Origin: a virus
Taxonomy: Duplodnaviria; Caudoviricetes
Direction: 5' to 3' (one strand)
Length of the DNA stretch: 64,000 nt
IMG/VR virus record: IMGVR_UViG_3300020048_000105
Span: 1 to 64,000 of that record
The translations under genes were made by a program, and so were the position numbers. Under the pieces are notes generated by a model, which saw nothing but the letters and a program-made list of their open reading frames with translations, was not told the DNA's origin and ran no database searches. The number at the start of each line of letters is the position of its first letter. The first letter of the stretch is position 1. Positions 27,330 to 36,721 of the stretch are shown here, piece by piece.

Positions 27330-28432
27330 TGTTTGGGTAGTTTTTTAATGCCGGTGAATAAGTCAGTTGGGTTGGTAAGTTTTGGATGTGGGTCGTAGCC
27401 TTTTAGTTCAAAATCTTCAAACTTTAAAGCCAGTATATCTTCCAATGTATTTATTTCCTTCTTTATTTCCATTGTCGGGAGCTCTTTAGTTTCCCTTGCA
27501 AGTTGTTCGTCTACCGCAGGAAGGTGGTTGACATATAAGTGAGTGTCGCCTCCTATCCAAGTTGCTACACCTGGGAGCATGTTAGACAGCTTAGCCATGA
27601 TCTTTAGAAGTATAGACATCGAAGCAATGTTGTAAGGAACACCTAACATTGTGTCACAGCTTCTCTGATAGAGGTTTAAGTCAAGGTAGAATTTAGGAAT
27701 GCTGTGTTCGTCACATATCCTATTGAGTTCATCGTCTTCAACTGATTGTTGGTTGAAATCGTTCCATTCGGTTGATTGAAGAATTTCCCATCTTTCTTCG
27801 GTAGAAAGTGGTCTTACGATGAACTGATAAAGCAAGTGGCAAGGAGGCAGTGCCATTTCTGGAAAGTCTGCTTTGTTCCAACCATCGATGATGTGGTAAC
27901 GACTGTAAGGATTTTTCTTTAATCCATCGATCACATCTTTCACTTGGTCTATACCATTTTGGTTCCTCCACTGGTGGCCATAAATTTTTCCGAGGTCACC
28001 AAGTTTGTAGCCATTTCCTGCCCATGCAGCCACGCTTAGCTGCAGTTCATTATTTTTGATAAGCTCTACAAATTCTTCTTCTGTGTATTCTCTTTCAACG
28101 TCAGATATTAAAAGATCAGGAATATTTGCAAGATGTTCCAAGCCAATTAACCTGTGTTTTTGATACCAACGATATGCGTCGTCGTTCCAAATGTTAGTGC
28201 CGTTGTCAACAAGCCACTTGATGTTGGTGTCACCACGTAAGAACCAAAGGAGTTCGTTAACGATTCCCCTGAAGTGTAGTTTCTTTGTAGTTAGGAGAGG
28301 GAACTTATCGCCGATGTCCATCTGAATAACACCATGAGATATCCCAATTGTGTTGGGCATGTTGTCTCGGCCAGATTCCTTTTCGACTCCAGTTTCGACT
28401 ATTTTCTTTAGTAAGTCTAAGTATTGCTGCAT
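27326..28432 (-). CDS. thyA: Thymidylate synthase with two insertions
   Basis: FPLLTTKK, ELLWFLRG, MALPPCH, YQRSCDTMLGVPYNIAS, GDTHLYVNH. Confidence 0.95.
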   Translation of the reverse strand: MQQYLDLLKKIVETGVEKESGRDNMPNTIGISHGVIQMDIGDKFPLLTTKKLHFRGIVNELLWFLRGDTNIKWLVDNGTNIWNDDAYRWYQKHRLIGLEHLANIPDLLISDVEREYTEEEFVELIKNNELQLSVAAWAGNGYKLGDLGKIYGHQWRNQNGIDQVKDVIDGLKKNPYSRYHIIDGWNKADFPEMALPPCHLLYQFIVRPLSTEERWEILQSTEWNDFNQQSVEDDELNRICDEHSIPKFYLDLNLYQRSCDTMLGVPYNIASMSILLKIMAKLSNMLPGVATWIGGDTHLYVNHLPAVDEQLARETKELPTMEIKKEINTLEDILALKFEDFELKGYDPHPKLTNPTDLFTGIKKLPKQ

Positions 28433-28485
28433 ACAAATTGTTTATAATTTATATGCAATTTTTGAGAAGAGTTTTAAAGCTTGTG

Positions 28486-31212
28486 TTATTTCTTTGTTCC
28501 GAATGTAACATTTCCTGCTACCTTTCCGTCTGGGAACTCAAATGTGAACTGTCCATTGAGTTTAGCCATAACCGCAGTAGCTATCTTAGTTCCGATACTG
28601 TTCCAGTCAGCTCCTGTGTTTTCTCCACCTGCGCCTTGAGCTCCAGCAGAAGTGGCACCTGAACTTTTTGCATAAGTTTTTGCACCATCAGACATCGTCT
28701 CAGCGTGCTTGCCAGCAGATGTAGATATCTTTTCGAGGTTAGCAATCTTGTCGGAAGTGAGGTTGCCCATGTTAGTCACAAGCAATCCAACATTAGTTGC
28801 GAGCTTACCTATCGAATCACCTAGTAGATTTATGTTCTCCGCTGACTTTCCAAGTGTATCGAACTGTGATATGACTGTAGAAAATGAACTAAGAGATGCT
28901 GCTATCTTCTTAGATTTTTCTTCAATGCCTTTTGCGCCGTCACCTGCCAATAAGTTTGCCTCTAAGTGTGTAGTAAATGTTTTTATAAGATCAACAATGT
29001 TATATGCAGCCTGAGACGGTGTTGTCCATGCGGTAGCATTACCCTTATCATCGAACGCTGTCGGAATTCCTTTTGAAACATTCGCATACTGTGCTATCAT
29101 TTCACCGAACTTCATGATAGGTTCCAAAATGCCAGGTTTGTCAGATGAAACACCTAAAAACTTCCAAAGTGCAGATGCTTTCGAGCCTAAGAGAATTTGT
29201 GCTAACATTCCTGTGCTTTCAGTATTTAAACCTTCTAACATAGTTTTGTTGTCTTTGAAAGCCTGGAAGAACGTTGATAGAGTGCTTACTATGTTCGTGG
29301 CCACTTTGCTGGCCGTGGTATAACCGGAAACTACTTGGTTTCCATTTGCGTCTACACTATAAACAGGAATCTGTCCTAACTTTGCGAATAATTGTAAAAC
29401 TTCACCGAACTTCGAGATAGCATCCAACAACCCAGGTTCGCCTGATATAATTCGTATTCCTAATATTTTTAAACCACTGCGGCCCATCAGGATGTTTGTC
29501 ATCTTTGCAACAGCCATAGCATCGGGAAGTTTATTTGGATCGTTGAATGCCACTACCAGTCCTTGGAAGAATCCTCCGAGAGTGAGCGCTATGTTGTTTC
29601 CTATAGATGCAACATCTATAGATTCACCAAATATAGGTTTACCCTCTTTATCATAACCTGTGATAGTTTTAATTACGCCTGCAATAGCAAATGCTTTAAT
29701 TGCCATTGCAAATAAAATAAGAGAAAGTGAAAGACTTCCAATCATCGCTATAGCTCCGATGAGCGCAACTATATTTAGTGCAACTTGTCCAGCTTGTCCA
29801 AGCATACTAAGAAATCCAGCTGGACTGTTTTCAGTTCCAGTACCAAGACCTTTGCTAAAGCCTTTGATTACTCCGCCGATAACACCGCCTACCAGAAGCT
29901 CAATGTTTGAGGATACAGTTTCCACACCATCTTTACCTCCAATAGTCTTTATCACAGCTGCTATGCCCCAGACTGCTAGTGCAAATAGGCCAAGTGAAAC
30001 AGACATCAGTATCAATGCTGCTGTGCCGGGGATTATAGCAATCGCTATTAAACCTAAGCCCGCAAACATTAATCCAAGAACACCAATGCCTTTTGCGACA
30101 CCTAAAAGCATATCAAACATATCGAGGCCAAATAGTTTTGTAACTAACGCCGATACTGTGCCTAGTGCTAATATACCAATAGCTAATGTTGTCATGCCTA
30201 TACTCATTATGGTTATAGCAATTCCACCCATTATTATTAAAGACGAAAATAAACCTATGCCTGCAAATACGGCTGCAACTAATGCTATAGATTTAAACGA
30301 TCCGATGAGTGCAGCATCTGTTTTCTTTTGACCACCCATCATTAAGTTAACAAGGGCTAATGAGCCCATGAATAATAATAAACCTACACCTAAAAGTCCA
30401 AGTCCTACACCCATAGATGCTACCGCAACACCAGATAAAATAATAAGTGGCGATAATATTCCAATAAGTGCAAATCCACCTGCAAGAATAATAATAGATT
30501 TGACTACAATTCCCATTGCTTCATTGGGACTTACACCAAAAAGTTTAGTGGCAAGCCATATAGCACCAATCATAATTACCACTGAGGCTGCGAAACTTAG
30601 AATGACCAGAGCGATACTCTTGAGTACTTCAGCGACACCCATTAATGCGACACCTATTAACCCTAATACAATTGCCACAGGTAATGCTAGGGCCGCGAGA
30701 GGGGACGCAGCGGCCAATGCGGTGAATAGTACTCCAATACCCATTGCAGTTGCATTCACTAATCCCATTTTTGACATTAAGCCAAAGAAAAACACGCCTT
30801 TAGCTAATTTAGGCAGGGCGGTCCCTAATATATTCATAGTTTCTGCTATAATTATAGCAGATGTGGTGGCTGACTTACCTCTGAAGCTTGCCTGTGCTAA
30901 TAAATCATGTATAAAAAAAATAACAGACTTTTTAAACGAATTTGGCAATAAGCCAAATTTTAATATTCCCATAGCAAGAGGAGCCATTGCAGATGACAAT
31001 ATTTTCATAGCATCTGCAGTATCTCTAACCTTTTCATTAGTTTTTTTATCCTGGGAAAAAGCTTTCATATCAATGCCTATTCCCTTCGAAGCCTTCATGG
31101 TCGGGGTTTCAGGTGTCTTCTTTTTTGCCGATTTGCCGCCCTCTAAAAGGTTGGTTACCTTGACGAGTACTCCTAGAATGTCGGTCAAAAGTTCAGGTGA
31201 GGTTTTTGCCAT
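28486..31212 (-). CDS. Tail tape measure protein (putative)
   Basis: 908 aa, long amphipathic/hydrophobic Ala-Gly-rich helical repeats, directly downstream of the chaperone pair and tube gene. Confidence 0.7.
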   Translation of the reverse strand: MAKTSPELLTDILGVLVKVTNLLEGGKSAKKKTPETPTMKASKGIGIDMKAFSQDKKTNEKVRDTADAMKILSSAMAPLAMGILKFGLLPNSFKKSVIFFIHDLLAQASFRGKSATTSAIIIAETMNILGTALPKLAKGVFFFGLMSKMGLVNATAMGIGVLFTALAAASPLAALALPVAIVLGLIGVALMGVAEVLKSIALVILSFAASVVIMIGAIWLATKLFGVSPNEAMGIVVKSIIILAGGFALIGILSPLIILSGVAVASMGVGLGLLGVGLLLFMGSLALVNLMMGGQKKTDAALIGSFKSIALVAAVFAGIGLFSSLIIMGGIAITIMSIGMTTLAIGILALGTVSALVTKLFGLDMFDMLLGVAKGIGVLGLMFAGLGLIAIAIIPGTAALILMSVSLGLFALAVWGIAAVIKTIGGKDGVETVSSNIELLVGGVIGGVIKGFSKGLGTGTENSPAGFLSMLGQAGQVALNIVALIGAIAMIGSLSLSLILFAMAIKAFAIAGVIKTITGYDKEGKPIFGESIDVASIGNNIALTLGGFFQGLVVAFNDPNKLPDAMAVAKMTNILMGRSGLKILGIRIISGEPGLLDAISKFGEVLQLFAKLGQIPVYSVDANGNQVVSGYTTASKVATNIVSTLSTFFQAFKDNKTMLEGLNTESTGMLAQILLGSKASALWKFLGVSSDKPGILEPIMKFGEMIAQYANVSKGIPTAFDDKGNATAWTTPSQAAYNIVDLIKTFTTHLEANLLAGDGAKGIEEKSKKIAASLSSFSTVISQFDTLGKSAENINLLGDSIGKLATNVGLLVTNMGNLTSDKIANLEKISTSAGKHAETMSDGAKTYAKSSGATSAGAQGAGGENTGADWNSIGTKIATAVMAKLNGQFTFEFPDGKVAGNVTFGTKK

Positions 31213-31249
31213 CGATAGTAATAATTTTATTTATATATCTACCAACATA

Positions 31250-31282
31250 AAAAGGACACTTAATTTAGTTAAGTGTCCTTTT
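31250..31282 (-). terminator. Intrinsic terminator
   Basis: AAAAGGACACTTAA/TTAAGTGTCCTTTT 14-bp inverted repeat. Confidence 0.75.
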
Positions 31283-31284
31283 GT

Positions 31285-31614
31285 TTAATGCATTGAAGGC
31301 ATCTTCATTGAAGGTAATTGCATCGAAGGTAATTGCATCGAAGGCAATTTATAATCACCATAATTAGGAGTCTTTGGTAACTGGCTCGACTGCTTTGCCG
31401 TGCCAGCGCTCTTGTTCTGTTTTTCAGCTTCTTTGTTCTGTCGTTCAATGTCCTCTTGGTACTCTTTCAGAAGGAACTCTATTCGATAGTATTCCAACCT
31501 CTCGAGTTCCGATGGAGGAACGTGTAGTTTAGAGGTAAAGATGTATTCGATCTTAGACCAATTCTCCAAACGGATCTGAAATAATGAAAAGAGATTTAAT
31601 CCCCCCTTGAAAGT
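31285..31614 (-). CDS. gp51/GT-like C-terminal extension of the tail assembly chaperone, likely reached by frameshift
   Basis: No ATG (TTG at 31569); frame open from 31614, overlapping the upstream ORF; RLENWSKIEY...SELERLEYY...LKEYQEDIE pattern. Confidence 0.6.
   Translation of the reverse strand, partial: TFKGGLNLFSLFQIRLENWSKIEYIFTSKLHVPPSELERLEYYRIEFLLKEYQEDIERQNKEAEKQNKSAGTAKQSSQLPKTPNYGDYKLPSMQLPSMQLPSMKMPSMH
31291..31350. repeat. 4 x 15-bp tandem repeat encoding LPSMQ/LPSMK/MPSMH
   Basis: CATTGAAGGCATCTT, CATTGAAGGTAATTG, CATCGAAGGTAATTG, CATCGAAGGCAATTT. Confidence 0.9.
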
Positions 31615-32527
31615 TTAGCGGAGTTGTTCGCTCCGCACCTCCTTCGTCTGTAAATTTGACAACCGGGTCGATTGTGTCGGCAAATAGTTTTTTTATCTTT
31701 ACCATTACTGAGATTTCCACGTTTCCCCACTTGTGGGATTCTTCGACAAAGTGGTTGTACACGTCATCGTTCAGGCCTCTGAAGCTTCTGATGAGGAAAG
31801 GAGCGTAAGAAAGGTAGTCTTCGTCGAACTCCTGACGGGCTCTTTGCTTTCTTTGAATGTATGTTTTAAGCCACTGCGTAACACCGATAGAGGGTATGTC
31901 TATTTTTATCTGCCTGTCTGTTCCTCGTATGCCCATAACGAAACACCTATCGTCTTCGTCGTAGTGCTGCATGAGCTTCGGGTCGAGAGTTATGTAGCTG
32001 ACCATGTCTTTTCTTACGTCAAGCTTCTTTGTGTCTGAAACTTTTACTTGAAGCTTGTTCTCTCCGTCCGGGAACGTTAGTTCGTGAATGGCCAGAAGCA
32101 AGTAGAATCTGTCAACTTCCTTTATGTCTTTCCACGATAGCAAAGCTCCTGTATCGGGGTTAGCTGCTTTGATAGTTACACATCGTTCAATGACATAATT
32201 GAGCATGTCATCTAGGTGCGATAAGTAGTTTGGATCTTCTTCGTTTTCAGAAAGTGTTGACCAGTGCCTTATCTCGCCTCCATTCGCTGAGCGAATTGCA
32301 ATCAATGTGCCCTTTGGATAGAAAAGGCCTTGAGTAGGCATGTCGCCTATTGGAAGCGGAATCCATCCTAGTTGGTTGCCGAGCGCTCTTTCTTCGCGCT
32401 CCCAAGGCATGTGAGTGTTGCCTATTGGAGTGATTTTTGGTCCTACCTGTGAAATAGGTATAGGTGCTTCTTCTCTTTGTACAAATTCTTCAAGAATCTT
32501 TTCTTGTTCAGTTTTTTCGTCCTGCAT
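31553..32527 (-). CDS. Baseplate hub / tail assembly chaperone (T4 gp26-like)
   Basis: LPIGDMPTQGLFYP, IAIRS, VIERCV, DRFYLLLAIH blocks; lies between tube and tape measure. Confidence 0.7.
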   Translation of the reverse strand: MQDEKTEQEKILEEFVQREEAPIPISQVGPKITPIGNTHMPWEREERALGNQLGWIPLPIGDMPTQGLFYPKGTLIAIRSANGGEIRHWSTLSENEEDPNYLSHLDDMLNYVIERCVTIKAANPDTGALLSWKDIKEVDRFYLLLAIHELTFPDGENKLQVKVSDTKKLDVRKDMVSYITLDPKLMQHYDEDDRCFVMGIRGTDRQIKIDIPSIGVTQWLKTYIQRKQRARQEFDEDYLSYAPFLIRSFRGLNDDVYNHFVEESHKWGNVEISVMVKIKKLFADTIDPVVKFTDEGGAERTTPLNFQGGIKSLFIISDPFGELV

Positions 32528-32594
32528 AGTTATTTTATTTTAAGTATAGTCTATATATTATCCTATTACGAAAAGTGGCCAAAGTTTCACACAA

Positions 32595-32619
32595 AAAGGA
32601 GAACTTTTGGTTCTCCTTT
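32595..32619 (-). terminator. Intrinsic terminator after the HNH gene
   Basis: AAAGGAGAAC/GTTCTCCTTT stem flanked by A/T runs. Confidence 0.6.
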
Positions 32620-32669
32620 GTTTTTTGTGAAATTTAAAAGCGTTATACAATTGTCTCGTCCCAGTAATG

Positions 32670-33446
32670 TTATAATATTTTGCAACTAAATATATCTAAA
32701 ATTGGAATATGAGTTTTAAGATGTCCATAATATTTTCCTTTGCTTATGTTTAATGATTTTAAAAGTGATTGTACACCATCATATATAACAATTTCATCTG
32801 TTAATGTATTCGTACATTCAATTTTTCTTCGCAAATATTCATATGTATCGCCTTCTTTAAGTCGTTTTCTGGAACTACCTGCCATAGGGTTTTTCTCACC
32901 AATAAACATCCCTTTTAATTTTTTTGAAATATTTAATCGAGATTCAGGTTTTTTTGCAGGATTTTTATCTCCTTTTGCCTGCATCGACATTAAAAGCTTA
33001 GTTTCATTTGACACAGTCTTTCCACTATTTGCTTTACTTATTTTTTCTCGTGTTTCAATTGAACATGGTTTTTTATTCTTCTGAGAAGCACTCATTTTTA
33101 AACGAGTTTCTTCTGATATAGACGTAATAAAAAATAACTCTTTTGCTAATACATAATCACGGGATGATAACCTTCTGTTTTGGCGTTTATTGAATGTCAT
33201 ATAATAGAATGCACAAACTATTTTAAAATTACCTGAGTAAATATGAACAAGTAATTTATGTGCGACATAATGTTCTTTTGTCGTCAATAATATTAAATTA
33301 GCTTCATTATCTTCACCACCTACACATCGAGGTATAATGTGATGTAATTCGTAGTATATGTAATTAGCATCGCCTTTTTTAAATTTTGTTCGATTTTCAC
33401 TCTTTGCGTTGGCTATGATTAAATTATAAATGTTTATATGATTCAT
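32670..33446 (-). mobile_element. Free-standing HNH homing endonuclease, paralog of 19768..20553
   Basis: ELHHIIPRCVGGEDNEANLILLTTKEHYVAH, NUMOD-like repeats, own ATATATA at 33454-60. Confidence 0.88.
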
Positions 33447-33477
33447 TTTATTTTATATATTTCGTCCCAATATACTA

Positions 33478-33520
33478 AAAATGACAAAAGACTAAGATTA
33501 TCTTAGTCTTTTGTCATTTT
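33478..33520. terminator. 43-bp palindrome (21-bp arms), probable terminator after tail tube
   Basis: AAAATGACAAAAGACTAAGAT-T-ATCTTAGTCTTTTGTCATTTT. Confidence 0.7.
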
Positions 33521-33537
33521 GATATAGTTTTAACATT

Positions 33538-34137
33538 TTAAACAATAGTTTCATCCCAGTAATCTACGGCTAAACCGAATCCGTTGATAGCGTAAAGTTC
33601 TTCACTTTGGAATCCTAAAGCAGGCTCAGGAAGTGCGGTCATTGGGAACACGTTGTAACATTTCCACTGCCAGAATGGGCGAGCCGCTCTGTCGTACATT
33701 GTGATTAGCATCCAAGGAGCAACGTAGTCGGCTTTTATGCCAGTCCTACCTGTCAATGGGTCATACACCAGGTCACACCACTTACGAAGAGTCTTTAGCG
33801 TGTAAGCAGAAGGCGTCCTGTCGAGGTTGACTTGAAAGTCCAGAGTTAAGTCCATTGTAGTCTCTGAAGGTTTTGCGCCTGCAAACCTTCTTGCTGCCCA
33901 CTTGTAATACTGAGCAACAGGTGATGATGGGAATTTATGAGATTTAAGACCACCTACGGTTTGAACGCTTTCCAATACTAAGTTAGTGTTTTCCTGTGTT
34001 GAACCAATAGCTGTTGGTAATTCAATTTGCACCGTGAACATGTTCAGATACACAGGTTCGTAGAGCTCTTGCGAAGCACGAGAGTTTCTGAAATGTGATA
34101 GTCCAAAGAGACCTTGTGATGAAAAGTTATCAGCCAT
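33538..34137 (-). CDS. Tail tube protein (T4 gp19-like)
   Basis: YEPVYLNMFTV, RRFAG, MDLTLDF, LRKWCDLVYDPLTG; follows the sheath gene. Confidence 0.85.
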   Translation of the reverse strand: MADNFSSQGLFGLSHFRNSRASQELYEPVYLNMFTVQIELPTAIGSTQENTNLVLESVQTVGGLKSHKFPSSPVAQYYKWAARRFAGAKPSETTMDLTLDFQVNLDRTPSAYTLKTLRKWCDLVYDPLTGRTGIKADYVAPWMLITMYDRAARPFWQWKCYNVFPMTALPEPALGFQSEELYAINGFGLAVDYWDETIV

Positions 34138-34189
34138 ATTTAATGTTATTTTATATTCTATTTATTCCTGTTCGATTGGATCGCTTTGA

Positions 34190-36628
34190 TTAAAAAGCGA
34201 ATCCTCCTGAGCTAAGACCTGCTTCTGTGTTTACGGTGATTCTGTTTACGATTTTTGTTAAAGCGCCGGTTACCCAAACGTTGATGTCAATGATTCCGAA
34301 ACCGTCAGCGATGAGCTCCTTGCTGTTGTTTGTTTCATCCATTACGATCTCGTACTTGAGAAGTGCTCCAGCGTCTTTAGTTGTTTCGAGGATAGGAGTT
34401 ACCGAGTTTACAGCGTTTAACCTTGTTACCGGGTTGTTGAATGTGAATACGTATGGTTCGAGTGCTTCTTCGATCTGGATTTCAAGTGTGTTGAGGAGCT
34501 CCCTAACGTGTAGGTTGTTGAAGTCGCTCTTTACTATCTGGAACGCAGTTGCGTTGGAGTAGATCATTATCTGGCCTGTAGTTGCCTTCTGGATGATTGA
34601 GTTGTAACCGAATGGTTCGAGGAAGTCTCTGTCCACTTTGTCGATCATGTACTCAACACCTACGAGAGCAGGGTTAGATAAGATACCGTTCCTGTTTGCT
34701 ACAATTGCGAATGGGTCTCCACCTAAGAACTTTCTAACATAAGCGTTTGTTACGTCTGCGGCTGGTGGAACGTTGATGAGCTTAGCTCCATCGCTGTATC
34801 TTAAGAAAGGTCCGAATACTCCACAGTACTTAGCGCCATCTTCTTCGCTTGGGAAAGAGAACCTGAAGCTTCTCTGCATGTCAGGGTTACCCCCTTGTGC
34901 AATCCACTCTGTGCTAAATACAGGAACTGATTGGCCTGATACGAATGTGTCACAGAAGTATGGGTCGGTTGATGCAGCGAACTGTGATATCGCAGGAGCG
35001 TTGAGAATGGCTGTGCACTTTCCTCGGCCTTTTGCAAGCCTTGATAGGTAAGCCTTTCCACCCATATTTGCGCTTAAGCCGTAAGCCATTGTGTCAACGA
35101 TGTAACGGTAGTTGATCATTTCTTTGTTTGTCAAGCCTCTGTAGATTCCAGAGTCTTCGAGCATTGAGTAGATTTTGGTTACGCCTGCTTCTAAGTTAGG
35201 AGCGCCTGCTGTGTCAAATCCTGGGATGTGCTTGTTTGTTAGCGAAAGACCATCGAGAGTGATGAACTTATATGCTGCGCAAATAGATGCATCGTCAAGA
35301 GTCTTTTGAACAACCGCATTTCCAGATGTTACGGCTTCGGCAGTTTGTATGACGTATGTTGATCCGTCCCAATACTTGTTTACTACATAAGTTACGCCTG
35401 TAGGAGTTCCTGATACAGGAGCTTTTACCATGAGCGAACCTACGGTTACAAAACCTGCGTTAGATGCGTCTACTGCAAACTTTCTCGATGTTAAGTCTCC
35501 TGGGTATGTAGAGATGCTCACGTCTTTGTGGATAACATTGTTAGATACATCGAACTCGTAGCTTAGGAACTTAGCGGTCTTGTTGGTAGATGAGCTTATC
35601 AGATTGTGACCAATGAGGTCTATCTCGTTTAAGTTGGTTCCTGTGCTTACGTCGCCAGTTGTCCAGTTTGTTCCGCTCCACATCAACTGGTCAAGTGCTT
35701 GGTTGTTGATGTTGAGTAAAACGCCGGTTAGCGAAGTGTTGGAGTTAATTATAGTCTCGATGTACTGAGTTGCACCTGTCTGGTCTTTGAAGTCAGGAAT
35801 GATTGTTCCTGTCCACGATCCCACTAAGTTAACGTTAACGCCGTTGATGAAGTTTGATATCTGTGTTGGAATCAAACCGCTGGCGTTGAAGAACTGTGCA
35901 TAGTAAGGGTCGGTGGAAAGTGAAGAGTAATTAGTCCAGTCGCCTTCAACCACGATAACTTGGATGAAGTAATCCTTAATGAAGTCGTTAGGACGAATCC
36001 ACTCAAAAGGAATGTTGGCTTCTGTTCCGTACCAGTCTTTGGCTGGAACGCTATACTGATTGAGGCCTTGAGCTTTTCTTATAATGAAAGACAGTTTTTT
36101 CGTGCCGGTGTTTACGAACTGGAACAAAGGAGCGTCTAACACTGAAGATAGAGCGTATTTGTTAGTTACAACACCTTGCAGGTACTCTGTGTCTGGAGTC
36201 CAGAAACGTTGTCGGTTAAAGAAGTTAACGTATAAGTCCTTTGTTGGGGTATCATAACGAGCCGAAGGGTCTTTAGTTCCTGAGTTCAATCCTAAGCCGA
36301 TGAATTCTATCTTGTCGCCGGATGCATTTGTGTTGTCTGTTGCGAGCAAGTTTATTGCAAAAACAGGAGCAGCCAGCAACGAAGTGGTTATCGATCTGTG
36401 AAAGAACGATCCCTTTCTTTCGAGTTTTGGGTCAGACAAACCATAGAATTTCTGTAGGTCTTTTGATGACCTTATGAATACAGGTGTATTGAACGGGCCG
36501 ACACCCGAAAAGCCGGGAATTAATCTTAACGATTGCGTTGTAACAACTATACGTTCAGAGTTGTCTACTTCAACAGTATAAACACCAGCTGATTTGAATT
36601 GTGTTAGGTCCAATGCTACTTTTGCCAT
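34190..36628 (-). CDS. Tail sheath protein (T4 gp18-like) with large central insertion
   Basis: FKSAGVYTVEVDNS N-terminus, GPFNTP, VPPAADV, LHVRELL, FTFNNPVTR C-terminal core. Confidence 0.92.
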   Translation of the reverse strand: MAKVALDLTQFKSAGVYTVEVDNSERIVVTTQSLRLIPGFSGVGPFNTPVFIRSSKDLQKFYGLSDPKLERKGSFFHRSITTSLLAAPVFAINLLATDNTNASGDKIEFIGLGLNSGTKDPSARYDTPTKDLYVNFFNRQRFWTPDTEYLQGVVTNKYALSSVLDAPLFQFVNTGTKKLSFIIRKAQGLNQYSVPAKDWYGTEANIPFEWIRPNDFIKDYFIQVIVVEGDWTNYSSLSTDPYYAQFFNASGLIPTQISNFINGVNVNLVGSWTGTIIPDFKDQTGATQYIETIINSNTSLTGVLLNINNQALDQLMWSGTNWTTGDVSTGTNLNEIDLIGHNLISSSTNKTAKFLSYEFDVSNNVIHKDVSISTYPGDLTSRKFAVDASNAGFVTVGSLMVKAPVSGTPTGVTYVVNKYWDGSTYVIQTAEAVTSGNAVVQKTLDDASICAAYKFITLDGLSLTNKHIPGFDTAGAPNLEAGVTKIYSMLEDSGIYRGLTNKEMINYRYIVDTMAYGLSANMGGKAYLSRLAKGRGKCTAILNAPAISQFAASTDPYFCDTFVSGQSVPVFSTEWIAQGGNPDMQRSFRFSFPSEEDGAKYCGVFGPFLRYSDGAKLINVPPAADVTNAYVRKFLGGDPFAIVANRNGILSNPALVGVEYMIDKVDRDFLEPFGYNSIIQKATTGQIMIYSNATAFQIVKSDFNNLHVRELLNTLEIQIEEALEPYVFTFNNPVTRLNAVNSVTPILETTKDAGALLKYEIVMDETNNSKELIADGFGIIDINVWVTGALTKIVNRITVNTEAGLSSGGFAF

Positions 36629-36721
36629 ATTGAAAATTTATTTTTATTCATTTTGTTCTTTCAATTCCCTCAAGGAATTGGCATCTTTTATTATATATTC
36701 GGTAAGAATTTCCATAAATTA

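Noticed and set aside
27326-28432. dCMP hydroxymethylase or intron/intein in thyA
   Set aside because: The specificity residue is Asn (PYNIAS); the insertions are short, in frame, and lack intein or endonuclease motifs.
33400-33470. AUG-masking hairpin for the fourth HEG
   Set aside because: Only 5-6 bp all-AT pairings with long loops; not comparable to the other three.
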